Assembly: GCA_030041545.1 (NCBI GenBank)
Contig: JASHNQ010000028.1
Span: forward strand, 6,150 to 70,149
Source of the DNA: a candidate division FCPU426 bacterium
Lineage (GTDB): Bacteria > Oederibacteriota > Muellerivitia > Muellerivitales > Muellerivitaceae
Reading direction: 5' to 3'
Length of the DNA stretch: 64,000 nucleotides
Part shown: piece by piece, positions 28,664 through 38,808 of the stretch
Layout of the letters: every line of letters begins with the position of its first letter
Position numbering within the stretch: the stretch's first letter is position 1
Translations under genes and position numbers: made by a program
Notes under the pieces: model-generated
What the model saw: only the letters and a program-made list of their open reading frames with translations
Told to the model about the DNA's origin: nothing
The model's database searches: none

Positions 28664-28730
28664 AAGGCGGCCCTTTTTCCCAGTTGGGAAAAAGGACTTC
28701 TTCGCCTGTTGAAATCTGGGGCTCAGGTGC
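28664..28730. repeat. Single unit of the hairpin/ACTTCTTC/CTCAGG repeat, next to the NHL gene stop
   Basis: CCTTTTTCCC-AGTT-GGGAAAAAGG ACTTCTTCG...CTCAGGTGC; matches 30079-30146. Confidence 0.8.
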
Positions 28731-28731
28731 T

Positions 28732-29913
28732 TTAACGGATGGGAAACCCGGCGCCCCCATAGGGTTCGACGTCCACGGGGGTGGGTGTGGCGGTCGGCGG
28801 GGGGGTGGGCGTGGGGGTGTACTGGCTCTCCGACGGCTTGACCACCGGCTTCAAACGGAGGATGACGTTGTTTTGGATGTCGGTGACGTAAAGGCTGTTT
28901 TGCGCGTCGGAGGCGATGCCCCGGAAGCGGGGCACATAGTTGGAATTAAGGATTTCGTCCTTAGCCCGCCATTCGCCCAGGAAGTCGAAATCCCCGTTCC
29001 GGCTATTGTAGAAAACCACCCGGCCGCTGGTGCCGTCCGCGATGGCCGCTATACCGGAAGGCGTGATGGCCACGCCCGAGGGTTCCTTGAAGACATAGGC
29101 GCCGTCGTCGCCGTACCAGCCCTGGATGGTCATGGGTATCCCCCCGTCGTTGTACACTTCCATGCGGAAGTTGCCGGTGTCGGCCACGATGGCCTGGTCG
29201 ATGTTATTGAGCGCGAACCCCAAAGGCAAGTTAAACACCGCGGTCATGGTGTTGTCCGTGGCGTCGGTGCCAAAGGAGCCCCAGGTGGAATTAAAGAGTC
29301 CTAGCTTGCTGAAGATCTGCACGCGCGAGTTGCCGGTGTCCAGCACCCAGATGTCGCCGTAATGGTCTTCGCCAAGGGTGCGGGGCAGGTTGAACTGGCC
29401 GGCGCTCACCCCCTGGCTTCCCCAACTGCTGACCACCAGCCCCTTTTCATCCATGACGACAATGCGGCTGTTCAAGCTGTCGGAGACGTAAACCTTCCGG
29501 TCGGGATAGACAAAGACGCCCGCCGGGTGGTTGAACTGGGGCGGGTTGCGCCAGTCCGCGCGGCTTCCGAAGGCGCCGTAAGAGGTTACGGGTTCGCCGT
29601 AGGAGTTCCAGACCAGGATGCGGTTGTTGCCCGTGTCGGCGATAAAGATGTCGCCGTCGGGCCCGATCGCAATGCCCTCGGGGTCGTTCAATTGGTTCAA
29701 CCCCGAACCCTTCGACCCCCACATGGCGTCGAAAGTATAAATTTTGGGTCCGGAGGAAGGGATGGGGGTGGAGGTGGGAGTGTTGGTGGGGGTGTCGGTA
29801 GGGGTCTGGGTTGGCGTCGGCTTGCGGTGCTGCCTGGCCCCAAGCGCGGTGGGAAGGGCCAATGCCGCCATGAGAAGGAAAAGAAACGGTGGGTTACGGC
29901 CAAAGGAAGTCAT
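28732..29913 (-). CDS. Secreted NHL-repeat (6-bladed beta-propeller) protein with PT-rich linkers
   Basis: Repeated P.GIA...IFIADTGNNRI...G.FN.P units; signal peptide; start inferred. Confidence 0.88.
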   Translation of the reverse strand: MTSFGRNPPFLFLLMAALALPTALGARQHRKPTPTQTPTDTPTNTPTSTPIPSSGPKIYTFDAMWGSKGSGLNQLNDPEGIAIGPDGDIFIADTGNNRILVWNSYGEPVTSYGAFGSRADWRNPPQFNHPAGVFVYPDRKVYVSDSLNSRIVVMDEKGLVVSSWGSQGVSAGQFNLPRTLGEDHYGDIWVLDTGNSRVQIFSKLGLFNSTWGSFGTDATDNTMTAVFNLPLGFALNNIDQAIVADTGNFRMEVYNDGGIPMTIQGWYGDDGAYVFKEPSGVAITPSGIAAIADGTSGRVVFYNSRNGDFDFLGEWRAKDEILNSNYVPRFRGIASDAQNSLYVTDIQNNVILRLKPVVKPSESQYTPTPTPPPTATPTPVDVEPYGGAGFPIR

Positions 29914-29948
29914 AGGAATCAATGCTACTATAAACTCAAAACCGCTTT

Positions 29949-30146
29949 TCAGGCGCACCCGTTTTCTTTATACATTCTTGAAAATGGGAGACTTCTTCGG
30001 CTGTTGAGAATGCGCCTCAGGCGCACCCATTTTCTTTATTGAAAATGGGTACTTCTTCGTCGTTTGAGATTTTTCGACTCAGGCGCCCTTTTTCCCCTTT
30101 GGGAAAAAGGACTTCTTCACCTTTTGAAAATTGCGGCTCAGGCGCC
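29949..30146. repeat. Tandem array of three degenerate 59-68 bp units, each TCAGGCGC + hairpin + ACTTCTTC
   Basis: TCAGGCGC starts at 29949, 30017, 30079 and 30138; the last is the dksA-like stop codon. Confidence 0.85.
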
Positions 30147-30608
30147 TTCCAGGCGGCTTTGACAGTTGATGCACCGGGTGGCCCAGGGGATGGCCTTGAG
30201 GCGGGTCATGGGGATGGCCTTTTCGCAGACCTCGCATTGGCCGTAGATGCCGGATTCGATGCGGGAAATGGCCTTCTCGATGCGGTCCAGTTCGATGCGG
30301 TCGTTCTCCATGAGCGTGACCGATAAGTGCTGGCTCAATTCGCCCGAACCGTGGTCGGCCATGTCACCAGGGATGTTCTGGTTGTCGGCGATTTCCTCCC
30401 TCAAGTCCTGCTCCAAGTGGTTCACCTGGCCGGTGATCTCGTTGCGGCGGTGCTGCAGTCTTTCCAGCAGGGGCTGGAAAGTGGGGTCCACGCGAAGCTT
30501 TTTCTTGGCGGGCTTGGCGATCAGGATGGGTTTAGCCGACTTTAAGGCGGCGGCCTTCTTGGGGTGGGAAGCGGATTTTTTCGCGGTTTTTTTCTTTTTG
30601 GGAGCCAT
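30138..30608 (-). CDS. TraR/DksA C4 zinc-finger protein with Lys-rich N-terminal tail
   Basis: GDMADHGS tip motif; YGQCEVCEKAIPMTRLKAIPWATRCINCQ. Confidence 0.92.
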   Translation of the reverse strand: MAPKKKKTAKKSASHPKKAAALKSAKPILIAKPAKKKLRVDPTFQPLLERLQHRRNEITGQVNHLEQDLREEIADNQNIPGDMADHGSGELSQHLSVTLMENDRIELDRIEKAISRIESGIYGQCEVCEKAIPMTRLKAIPWATRCINCQSRLEGA

Positions 30609-30883
30609 GGTTTCCTCCGGGAGTATGGGGTCGTTCGGAACGGGTGCCCGTCCAGGGCGTTGAAAAGGATAGAAGATTATCGGAGGGGTTTAAAACTGTC
30701 AAGGATTAAAGGGCGCAGAACCCCAGGCCACAAGGACCGGCTTTTATTGATGTCTGCCAAAATAATCGAATAGAGGAAAGCCAACTTTTACCATTTTAAA
30801 GGCAAATGCCCCCTGTCTCGGCCCATGAAATGGCCCTATACTTACCCTGCTTTTGCCGTTCCTTTATCGAAAGGGGTTCGTCT

Positions 30884-31450
30884 ATGGCCGCCATTGGAAT
30901 CGTTGTGCTGCTGTTCATCCTTGGAATCGCCCTCCTGATCCTCCTCTACCTGGTTTCCGTCTACAACCAGCTGGTCCGCTACCGCGTGGAAGTGGACAAT
31001 TCCTTCAGCCAGATCGACGTCCAGCTCAAACGCCGCCACGACCTGATCCCCAACCTGGTGGAGACGGTCAAGGGCGTCATGGATTTCGAGAAAAGCACCC
31101 TTACCCAGGTCATGCAGGCCCGCGTCGCGGCCATGGGCGCCGCCAACCCCAACGACCGCCTCAAGGCCGAGAACGACATCACCAGCGGCCTGGGGCGCCT
31201 TTTAGCCGTGTGGGAAAACTATCCCTCCCTCAAGTCCAACCAGAACGCCTCCCAACTCCAGGAGGAACTGAGTTCCACGGAAAACAAGATCGCCTACGTG
31301 CGGGGGCACTACAACGACATCGTGGCCAATTACAACGCCATCACCCAACAGTTCCCCTCCAACCTGGTGGCCGGGCCCTTCGGGTTCACCCAGCGCGAAT
31401 TCCTGAAGGCCGCCGACGCCGATAAGGAAGTCCCACAAGTCAAGTTTTAA
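30884..31450 (+). CDS. lemA: LemA family protein
   Basis: N-terminal TM; QIDVQLKRRHDLIPNLVETVKG, ENYPSLKSN, TENKIAY, FPSNLVA. Confidence 0.93.
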   Translation: MAAIGIVVLLFILGIALLILLYLVSVYNQLVRYRVEVDNSFSQIDVQLKRRHDLIPNLVETVKGVMDFEKSTLTQVMQARVAAMGAANPNDRLKAENDITSGLGRLLAVWENYPSLKSNQNASQLQEELSSTENKIAYVRGHYNDIVANYNAITQQFPSNLVAGPFGFTQREFLKAADADKEVPQVKF

Positions 31451-31457
31451 ACATTTT

Positions 31458-31565
31458 TACCGCGAAGGCACGAAGACCGCGAAGAAAAGCTTTAGAATTT
31501 GAGGGAGAATCTTTTGAATTAAAATCGATCTCTTCTTCTCGCGTTTTTCGCGCCTTCGCGGTTGA
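31458..31565. repeat. Palindromic element, 9-nt-period family
   Basis: ACCGCGAAGGCACGAAGACCGCGAAG ... CGCGTTTTTCGCGCCTTCGCGGT. Confidence 0.85.
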
Positions 31566-31579
31566 TCTTGAGGTTTTTT

Positions 31580-33277
31580 ATGTTTTACGCGCTGCCGGCG
31601 GAGACGGTTTTCGAAGAAAGACAACGCACGCGCCGGGCCACCTTCTACTTGTTCGCCCTGCTGGCGGGAATCTACGTTGTTTTCGCCAACCTACTCACCC
31701 TGTCCGCCTATTTCTTCCTTTTTACAACCCATCCTGCCCGCCTCGACCCAACACCCGCGCAGGCTTACGACATGTTCTTGGTCGCGGCCAATACGACCTT
31801 TGGGGCGGCCCTCCTGGCGGCGTTTCATTTCCTTTTCGTGCGGGCCAAGTCCCTGGAGGACATGCTCTCTTCCCTCGGGGCCAAACCCGCGGATGAGAAG
31901 GACGACTACCATCGCGTCCTCATCAACCTGGTAGGGGAGGCCGAGGCGGCCACGGGCCTCAGGGGCATCCGCGCGGTGGTGATCGCCAATCCGGGGTGCA
32001 ACGCCTTTTCCCTCCTGGACGGCCGGGGCCGGGCGGCCATCGGCGCCACGGAGGGGCTTCTAGCCAAGCTCACCCGCGCCGAACTTTCCGCGGTCGTGGC
32101 CCATGAGGCCGCCCACCTGGTGCACGAGGATTCCCGGCTTGTGGCCACCGCCTGCTTCCTTTTTTCCTTCTTCGGACAGTTGAATTCGGCCCTGGGCGCG
32201 GCCCTGGAGGGTATTTCCTATGGTTCCTACGGACAGCGCTCCACCCGGCGCGACGGGGGGCTGCTGGCGGGAATCCCTTTGTTATGGGTGATTTCGGGAG
32301 CGGGATACCTGATGACCCGGCTGATATCCATGGCCATCTCGCGCGAAAGGGAATACCTGGCCGACGCGGATGGGGTTTCCATATGCAAGGACCCCTTTGC
32401 CATGGCTGAGGGCCTGGACAAGATTTCCCGGCGCTACCGGGGGAACATCCCGGACACCTATGCGGCGCTTTTCATCCTCAACCCCACCGATTCGGCCCTG
32501 GACGAGCAGGAAGGCTTCTTTCCAACCCTTTTCAGCAACCACCCCCCGGTTTCCAAGAGAGTTTCCAAGCTTTTGGACTGGGCCAAGTCGGACCTCATCG
32601 CCCTGCGGGAGGCGGAAGATGGGGAGGAGAAAGCCGCTCAAAAGGCCGCAATATCCGTCATCCCCAATGGCGAGGCTGCCGCTTCCTTCATGCTCTACCA
32701 GGACAGCCAATGGGCGGGGCCCTATACCCCCTCCCAACTGCTGGCCTTGGGGTTCATGACGCCGGCCACCTGGGTCTGCCCCGCCGGAAGCCAGGCGGTT
32801 TCCCGCGCCTGCGACCTTCCCGAGCTTCTCCCCCTGTTCCAGAAGCAGGTCCGGGGTTCGGTTTCCCCCCAAGCCTGCCCCAGGTGCAAGGTGCCGCTGG
32901 TGGAGGCGCGATATGAGGGAGCGCAGGTGGAGCAATGCAGCTTTTGCAAAGGTTACCTGCTGAAGGCCGGGGTTTTGGAGCGCATGATCGCCCGGGAAGA
33001 GATGGTTTTTTCCCCCGAGGAGGTCCAAAAAGCCAGGATCTGGCGGGACTCCCAGCGCGGCCCCTTGAAGGACCTTAACTCTTTCCCGTTGATTCAATGT
33101 CCCTTCTGCGGCAGTCTCATGGGCAAGGGCATCCATTCCATACTGACCCAGGTGGTCATTGACCATTGCTCGAATATCGACTGTGGGGCCGTCTGGTGCG
33201 ACGGCGGGGAACTGGAAACCATCCAAATGCTCATCCAGGACGCCCAAGCCCGCCCCATAACGTTTAGCTCCGCTTAG
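31580..33277 (+). CDS. HtpX/M48 zinc metalloprotease with C-terminal GYF-like domain and two zinc ribbons
   Basis: NAF, ATEGLL..L...EL.AVVAHEAAH, SREREYLADA, NHPP...R; CPRC/CSFC and CPFC/CSNIDC. Confidence 0.88.
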   Translation: MFYALPAETVFEERQRTRRATFYLFALLAGIYVVFANLLTLSAYFFLFTTHPARLDPTPAQAYDMFLVAANTTFGAALLAAFHFLFVRAKSLEDMLSSLGAKPADEKDDYHRVLINLVGEAEAATGLRGIRAVVIANPGCNAFSLLDGRGRAAIGATEGLLAKLTRAELSAVVAHEAAHLVHEDSRLVATACFLFSFFGQLNSALGAALEGISYGSYGQRSTRRDGGLLAGIPLLWVISGAGYLMTRLISMAISREREYLADADGVSICKDPFAMAEGLDKISRRYRGNIPDTYAALFILNPTDSALDEQEGFFPTLFSNHPPVSKRVSKLLDWAKSDLIALREAEDGEEKAAQKAAISVIPNGEAAASFMLYQDSQWAGPYTPSQLLALGFMTPATWVCPAGSQAVSRACDLPELLPLFQKQVRGSVSPQACPRCKVPLVEARYEGAQVEQCSFCKGYLLKAGVLERMIAREEMVFSPEEVQKARIWRDSQRGPLKDLNSFPLIQCPFCGSLMGKGIHSILTQVVIDHCSNIDCGAVWCDGGELETIQMLIQDAQARPITFSSA

Positions 33278-33424
33278 CCCCGGGAAATGGCTATTTTATA
33301 ACGGCTTTTGCGTTTTCCGGAAAACAAAAGGTATAATTGCCTTGCTTTATTTTAGCGTTTTGACGGAGAAAGGCGATTGAAGTGTCGGGTTCCCGTCCGT
33401 GAAGGGATAGGGCTTTGACAATCG

Positions 33425-36091
33425 ATGTTTTTTATGAAGCCATCCTCTTGGAAACCCATTTTTATTGTCTTTTGCGCCTTTACCTGCCTGGGAGGGGCAA
33501 GGAACGCTCAAGCCCAAATCGCCCTGACCAAAACCGTCAACGTCACCAGCGCCACGCCGGGCAGCCCCATCACTTACATCCTTAACTATTCCAACGCCAG
33601 CGCGCCCACCACCTGCTCGGACAGCTTCGAGGGGGATACGGTGGGGGCGGCGCCCCCCGGGTGGACCGAGTCCGCCGCGGACTGGACCGTAATCAGCGAC
33701 ACCAGCGATACCCCCGAAACCCAAGCCGTCAAGGGGGTGGCCCCCAACGGGGATTACCCCAACCTCCTGGACGCCTGCGCGGGCCAGGTGGGAGACGGAT
33801 ATATGCAGGCAGACATGAAGCTGGCGGCCACGGGGAACACGGGAGTCCTCCTCTGGCGGTTCACCGGGACCGACTCCCCCTCGGTCGTGAACGGCTCCAA
33901 CTACCAGGCGGATATCACCACCGGCACCACCGGCAACGTCTCCGTGAATTATTACGACCTGGGGGACAATACTTTCACGCCCGTGGCCACGGGAAATTTC
34001 ACCATCAGTGCCGGCACCTGGTATACGGTCCTGTTCCAGGTCACCGGCACGGGCGCGGCGGTCACCCTCTCCCTTTCCATCAACGGGACCCAGGTGATCG
34101 CGCCCACTACGACCACTTTCTCCATCGGCTCGGGCCAAGCGGGGCTCCAGGCCAACAGCGGCTCCACGGTGGAATTCGACAAGGTTTCCATCGCCAAGTT
34201 CACCCAAACCTACGATGTGACGGTCAGCGACACCCTGCCCGCGGGATTCACCTATGCCTCCTCCAGCGGCTCCCCCTCGGTGAACGGCCAGGAAGTGGTC
34301 TGGAACCTGGGCACCCTGGCCAACGGAGCTTCCGGCTCCCTGACCGTCTCGGGCACGGCCAATAACTGCGGCATAACCCTCGTCAACGCCGGGGAAGCGG
34401 ACAGCGGCCTTCCCCAGTCCAGCGTGGTTTCCGCGCCGGTCTCAACGTCCCTGGCCGCCTGCACGGCCACGCCCACGGATACCGGTACCCACACGTCGAC
34501 CGCCACCCTCACGGTGACCTCCACAGCCACTTCCACGCCCACGGCAACGGCTACGGCGACTCCCACTGGCACTGCTTCCCCAACGCCGACGAGCACGGCC
34601 ACCCTGACGTCGACCAATTCGGCCACTTCCACGGCCACCCCTACAGTCACCTTGACTCCGACCGATACCGCCACGCCGACCAACACGGCCACCCTCACGG
34701 CAACGGATTCGACTACGGTTACGCCTACGCTCACCGTCACGGCGTCCCTCACCGCTTCGGCTACGCCTACGCCGACGGCTACTTCGACAGCCACTTCGAC
34801 GGCCACGAACACGGCCACCCTCACGGCGACGGACTCGATGACGCCTACGGATTCGACTACGGCTACGCCTACGCTCACCGTCCCGGTGTCACCGACCGCT
34901 TCGGCTACGCCTACGCCGACAGCTACTTCGACGGCTACTTCCACGGCGACTAACACGGCCATCTTGACGCCGATCAATACCGCTACCCCGACTTCAACGG
35001 ATACCGCCACCCCGACGAACACAGCTACTCTCACGGCAACGGATTCGATGACGCCTACGGATTCGACTACGGCTACGCCTACGCTCACCGTCCCGGTGTC
35101 ACCGACCGCTTCGGCTACGCCTACGGCTACTTCGACAGCCACTTCCATGGCCACATCCACGGCCACTGACACGGCGACGCTGACGCCGATCCATACCGCC
35201 ACCCCGACGAACACGGCCACCCTCACGGCAACCCTATCCGCCACTTCGACGGCCACCCCTGCGGACACTTCCACGCCGACTCTTACGCCGACCCACACCT
35301 TGACGGCTACGCTTTCCTCTACTCCCACGCCAACGGGAACCCGCCTCCCCACTGGCACCCCGACAGCCATGGCTTCCTTGACCCCCACGGGCAGCCCCAC
35401 CGCCACGGGAACCCCGACCTTGGTGAACACGGCGAGCCCCACCTTAAGCCCGACCAGCACCCTCACGCCGTCCCTCAGCCCCTCTTGCGCGTCCGAGGCC
35501 GTGAGCATCTTCGATGAGCGGGGCGAATGGGTGGCCACCCTTTGCGGGGACCTGCCGCCTATGGCGTCCCAGGACCTGAAATTCACGGCTTCCACCTTTG
35601 TTCCCAGTACTTCGGGGCCGGGAGGCGCCGTGACGCTTTACTTGAACGGCCAGGTCCTGGCGGTATGGAACGCGACGGGTAGCAACGGCCAAGTCGTGGC
35701 CAACGGCTTCTACCACCTCACCCTCACCCAGGCCTTCACCGACGGCGCCCAAGTGGTTTTAAACCAGGCGGTGTTCGTGGACCCCTACGCCCTCACCGCC
35801 CGGGTAGCCATGACGGTGGCGCCCAACCTGGTTTATTCGGGCGGCTCGGTCCAAATGGCCGCACAGGTGGAGGGGAGCCCGGTCCAGGGCGCCGGGGCTT
35901 TCAAGATTTACACGGTCAACGGGGAAAGGCTGAGGGCGTTGGACGCGGTGAACGGGCAAGCCACTTGGGACTTGGCCAACCAGCAAGGGGAACAGGTCGC
36001 CTCCGGCCTTTACCTGGTCGTATTAGACGTGATGGACCCCGTGACGGGCCAGCCAGCCCATAAGATCGCCAAGGTGGTGGTTTTGAGGTAA
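33425..36091 (+). CDS. Large secreted surface protein: DUF11 Ig domain with inserted lectin-like domain, Thr/Pro-rich stalk, C-terminal FlgD-Ig/T9SS-like domains
   Basis: Signal peptide; LTKTVN...ITYILNYSN and [10 protein letters not shown]...VVWNLGTL; [18 protein letters not shown]. Confidence 0.85.
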   Translation: MFFMKPSSWKPIFIVFCAFTCLGGARNAQAQIALTKTVNVTSATPGSPITYILNYSNASAPTTCSDSFEGDTVGAAPPGWTESAADWTVISDTSDTPETQAVKGVAPNGDYPNLLDACAGQVGDGYMQADMKLAATGNTGVLLWRFTGTDSPSVVNGSNYQADITTGTTGNVSVNYYDLGDNTFTPVATGNFTISAGTWYTVLFQVTGTGAAVTLSLSINGTQVIAPTTTTFSIGSGQAGLQANSGSTVEFDKVSIAKFTQTYDVTVSDTLPAGFTYASSSGSPSVNGQEVVWNLGTLANGASGSLTVSGTANNCGITLVNAGEADSGLPQSSVVSAPVSTSLAACTATPTDTGTHTSTATLTVTSTATSTPTATATATPTGTASPTPTSTATLTSTNSATSTATPTVTLTPTDTATPTNTATLTATDSTTVTPTLTVTASLTASATPTPTATSTATSTATNTATLTATDSMTPTDSTTATPTLTVPVSPTASATPTPTATSTATSTATNTAILTPINTATPTSTDTATPTNTATLTATDSMTPTDSTTATPTLTVPVSPTASATPTATSTATSMATSTATDTATLTPIHTATPTNTATLTATLSATSTATPADTSTPTLTPTHTLTATLSSTPTPTGTRLPTGTPTAMASLTPTGSPTATGTPTLVNTASPTLSPTSTLTPSLSPSCASEAVSIFDERGEWVATLCGDLPPMASQDLKFTASTFVPSTSGPGGAVTLYLNGQVLAVWNATGSNGQVVANGFYHLTLTQAFTDGAQVVLNQAVFVDPYALTARVAMTVAPNLVYSGGSVQMAAQVEGSPVQGAGAFKIYTVNGERLRALDAVNGQATWDLANQQGEQVASGLYLVVLDVMDPVTGQPAHKIAKVVVLR
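34835..35125 (+). repeat. 81-bp exact intragenic direct repeat (34835-34915 = 35045-35125) in the Thr/Pro stalk
   Basis: Direct comparison, offset 210 bp. Confidence 0.85.
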
Positions 36092-36199
36092 GCGGGACCG
36101 ACCTTTCCATGACGGGTTTGAAAGGCCATTAGGAACCCTTCGAGGAACTCAAGGCCCTTCGCCTTTCCCTATGGAGCGATCCCTTCTACTTTCCGTCCT

Positions 36200-36775
36200 T
36201 TGCTTTTTCCGAAACAGAACGGGATCGACATGATCTTCCTGCGCAAGGCACAAAACGCCAACAAACCCACCCTTGGCATGGAATTCTGGTACGAGCCCTT
36301 CAAGGTCCTGGACAGCCTGCCCGAGCCGGAGCAGGTCTATTATCTTTTCGGGGCCTCGGCGGCCAACCGGAACCGGGTGCGGTACATAGGCGAGATCTTC
36401 GCGGATTGGAAGACCGGCAACACGGCGGACCTTGAATTTCTCTCCTACAGCGGCCTCCCACCGGACGATAAGGTAGTGTCTCAGTTTGAATGGCCTAATC
36501 CAACTTCACCCTCACCCCTCCCTCTCCCCTCAAGGGAGAGGGGGAAATACCCGCAAAAACCCTCGCCCCTTGGGGGAGAGGGTAGGGTGAGGGGTGTCTG
36601 GGATTTTTGTTGAAACGAAACTGATGCACTACCGACGATAAGGCCATCATGGCCAAGATCCTCAAGGAACGGAATGAAGTCTGGGCCCTCCAGATGTGTT
36701 TCTTCTCTACAGCCAGGATCTGGGCGGGGCACCGGGTGGCCCGCCGAAAGACCTTCCTTCTCCAAGCGACTTTTG
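36200..36775 (+). pseudogene. Gene fragment interrupted by a MITE
   Basis: Removing 36472-36641 restores the frame ...SGLPPDDKAIMAKILKERNEVWALQM; true ends uncertain. Confidence 0.65.
36472..36633. mobile_element. 162-bp MITE with 16-bp TIRs and 8-bp target duplication, carrying a CCCTCACCC/GGGTGAGGG palindrome pair
   Basis: GGTAGTGTCTCAGTTT / AAACTGATGCACTACC (14/16); GACGATAA at 36464-36471 and 36634-36641. Confidence 0.9.
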
Positions 36776-36820
36776 GTTTTCTTCGCGTTCTTCGCGCTTT
36801 CGCGGTTAAAATATCCCGCT

Positions 36821-37864
36821 ATGGAAATCCTCCTCTTGCGCCTGGACCGCATCGGCGACTTCATCCTGGGCATCCCCTCTTACCGCGCCTTAAGGCAGGC
36901 CCACCCGGAAGCCCGTATTTCCGTGGTGGTTCCCTCGCCGGTGGCCGAACTGGCCAAGGTTTGCCCCTATTTCAACGAAGTTTACCTCTTCGACGCCCTC
37001 TGGCTCCTGCCCGGGCACCCGCCCCTTGCCCGGTGGAAGTCCGCCTGGCAGTTGGTGAAATTCCTCCGCTCCAAGCCCATCGACCTGCTTTTGGACTTCC
37101 GCTACCAAAGCCGGCTGGATCCGCTGGTGGCGGGCCTTTCGGGCGCGAAGGAAAGGGTGGGTTTTGACCTGGGGTGGGTGAGTTGGTTCCTGACGAAAAA
37201 GGCCCGCAGGCCCGCCAAGGAACTGCACCAAGTGGACCGGAATTTGCAGCTTCTCCAGGCCGTCGGCGTCGCCGCGGCCGACCGGAAACTGGAGATGTGG
37301 TTCGAGGAACGCGACCATAAGACGGGGGAAAACTACCTGCCGGCCCAGGGGCTTTTGCCCGGCGTGCCCCGCATTGCGGTGCATATCGGGGCCGCCACGC
37401 CCTCCAAGCGGTGGCCGGAGGAGAGCTTCGAGGTCCTCATCCACGAGCTGCACGCCAACACCCAGGCCGATATCGTGGTCATGGGGGGGGAAAGCGACCT
37501 GGGTTTCGCCCAGGAAGTGGTGGACGGGCTGGAATGTCCCATTATTAATTTGGTGGGAAAGTTGACGCTCCGGCAGACGGCAGCCCTGATGAGGGATTGC
37601 CGGGTTTTCATCGGCTGCGATTCGGGCGCCACCCACCTGGCCGCGGCCTGTGGGGTGCCCGTGGTCTGCCTTTTCTCGGCGGCCAACGAGGCGGAGGTCT
37701 GGAAGCCGTGGGGGACCAAGGTCAAGGTGTTGACCCAGCACCCTCCCTGCTCACCCTGCAAAGCCCACGAATGCCTTCGGACAGACGGTTATTTCTGCAT
37801 GGCGGAGATCAAACCCGAGGACGTCCTGGCGGAAGTGAAAATGATATTAGAAGAACACCCCTAA
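36821..37864 (+). CDS. Glycosyltransferase family 9 (LPS heptosyltransferase-like)
   Basis: LRLDRIGDFIL, GAATPSKRWP, FIGCDSGATHLAAA. Confidence 0.92.
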   Translation: MEILLLRLDRIGDFILGIPSYRALRQAHPEARISVVVPSPVAELAKVCPYFNEVYLFDALWLLPGHPPLARWKSAWQLVKFLRSKPIDLLLDFRYQSRLDPLVAGLSGAKERVGFDLGWVSWFLTKKARRPAKELHQVDRNLQLLQAVGVAAADRKLEMWFEERDHKTGENYLPAQGLLPGVPRIAVHIGAATPSKRWPEESFEVLIHELHANTQADIVVMGGESDLGFAQEVVDGLECPIINLVGKLTLRQTAALMRDCRVFIGCDSGATHLAAACGVPVVCLFSAANEAEVWKPWGTKVKVLTQHPPCSPCKAHECLRTDGYFCMAEIKPEDVLAEVKMILEEHP

Positions 37865-38427
37865 GACAGGTGAACAGCCAGGTTTTCTTCTTCATGTTTC
37901 GATAAAAACCGCCACTTGCCCGATTCCACATCCAGCCTTAAACCGCCGATTTGGAAGCGTTTCAACTCCAGCACCTTGAGGGGCGTGCCGAACTTGGGGT
38001 CCTTGAGCGCCCCGAACATGCGGCGGATGTGGCGGTTCTTGCCTTCGTCGAGTTCCACCACCAGCCGGGTCTTAGGGCCCGCGCCGCCTTTGATTTCAAT
38101 CCTTATTGCTTTGAGCAGTTCCTTTTCAACCCTTATCCCTTCCAACATTTCCCCTATTTGTTCTTTCGAAACCATTCCCCTCACCCAAACCTCGTAAACC
38201 TTGCGGCAGGAGCCGGGCCGGGTGAGCCGGTCGGCCAGCTTGCTGTCCCTGGTAAAAAGAAGAAGGCCCTTGGAATCCAGGTCCAGACGGCCCACCGGCA
38301 TCCAGCCCTCGGCGTAGGCCCATTCGGGAAGAAGGCCATAGACGGTCCCGCGGCCCTTTTCGTCCGAACGTGTGACCACGTAACCTTTGGGTTTGTTCAA
38401 CATGAGGAGCCGGGAAGATTGATCCAT
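37861..38427 (-). CDS. rRNA pseudouridine synthase, RsuA/RluE family, no S4 domain
   Basis: NKPKG, VGRLDLDSKGLL, EGKNRHIRRMF. Confidence 0.92.
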   Translation of the reverse strand: MDQSSRLLMLNKPKGYVVTRSDEKGRGTVYGLLPEWAYAEGWMPVGRLDLDSKGLLLFTRDSKLADRLTRPGSCRKVYEVWVRGMVSKEQIGEMLEGIRVEKELLKAIRIEIKGGAGPKTRLVVELDEGKNRHIRRMFGALKDPKFGTPLKVLELKRFQIGGLRLDVESGKWRFLSKHEEENLAVHLS

Positions 38428-38433
38428 GGGAGG

Positions 38434-38808
38434 CTATTTTTTGCGACGGAACTTTATTTCGGGCAGGCCCTCAAAATCAGAATCCTGGGTCCAAACTTTT
38501 GCCCCATGGGAAATGGCCGTAGCGAGGATGATGCTGTCAGCCGCGGGGAGCTGGTGCTTAAGACTTAACGCGGCGGCTTGAAAGGCGATGGGAACCGTGA
38601 GATGAACCACTAATCCCTGACGCATCATAGCGGTTTTCTCTAAAGCTTCTGCTTTTCCAACCTGGCGTTGAATGGATTTAAAAACCTCATAAAGACAAAG
38701 GGTCGGAACCACTAACTCTTTCTGGTTTTCAATAACGGGAGCGAAGAAATCAGCATTGTTGCCGCCGGCAAAATACTCCATCCACCCGGAAGAATCCACC
38801 ACGTTCAA
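38434..38808 (-). CDS. VapC-type PIN domain toxin
   Basis: VVDSSGW, LYEV, ADSIILATA, TQDSDF. Confidence 0.9.
   Translation of the reverse strand: MNVVDSSGWMEYFAGGNNADFFAPVIENQKELVVPTLCLYEVFKSIQRQVGKAEALEKTAMMRQGLVVHLTVPIAFQAAALSLKHQLPAADSIILATAISHGAKVWTQDSDFEGLPEIKFRRKK

Noticed and set aside
29949-30146. Possible mini CRISPR array
   Set aside because: Conserved blocks are only 8-9 bp, the intervening parts resemble each other and are self-complementary, and no cas genes are present.
34252-35595. 447-aa Val/Ala/Gly-rich minus-strand ORF
   Set aside because: Antisense reading of the Thr/Pro repeat stalk.
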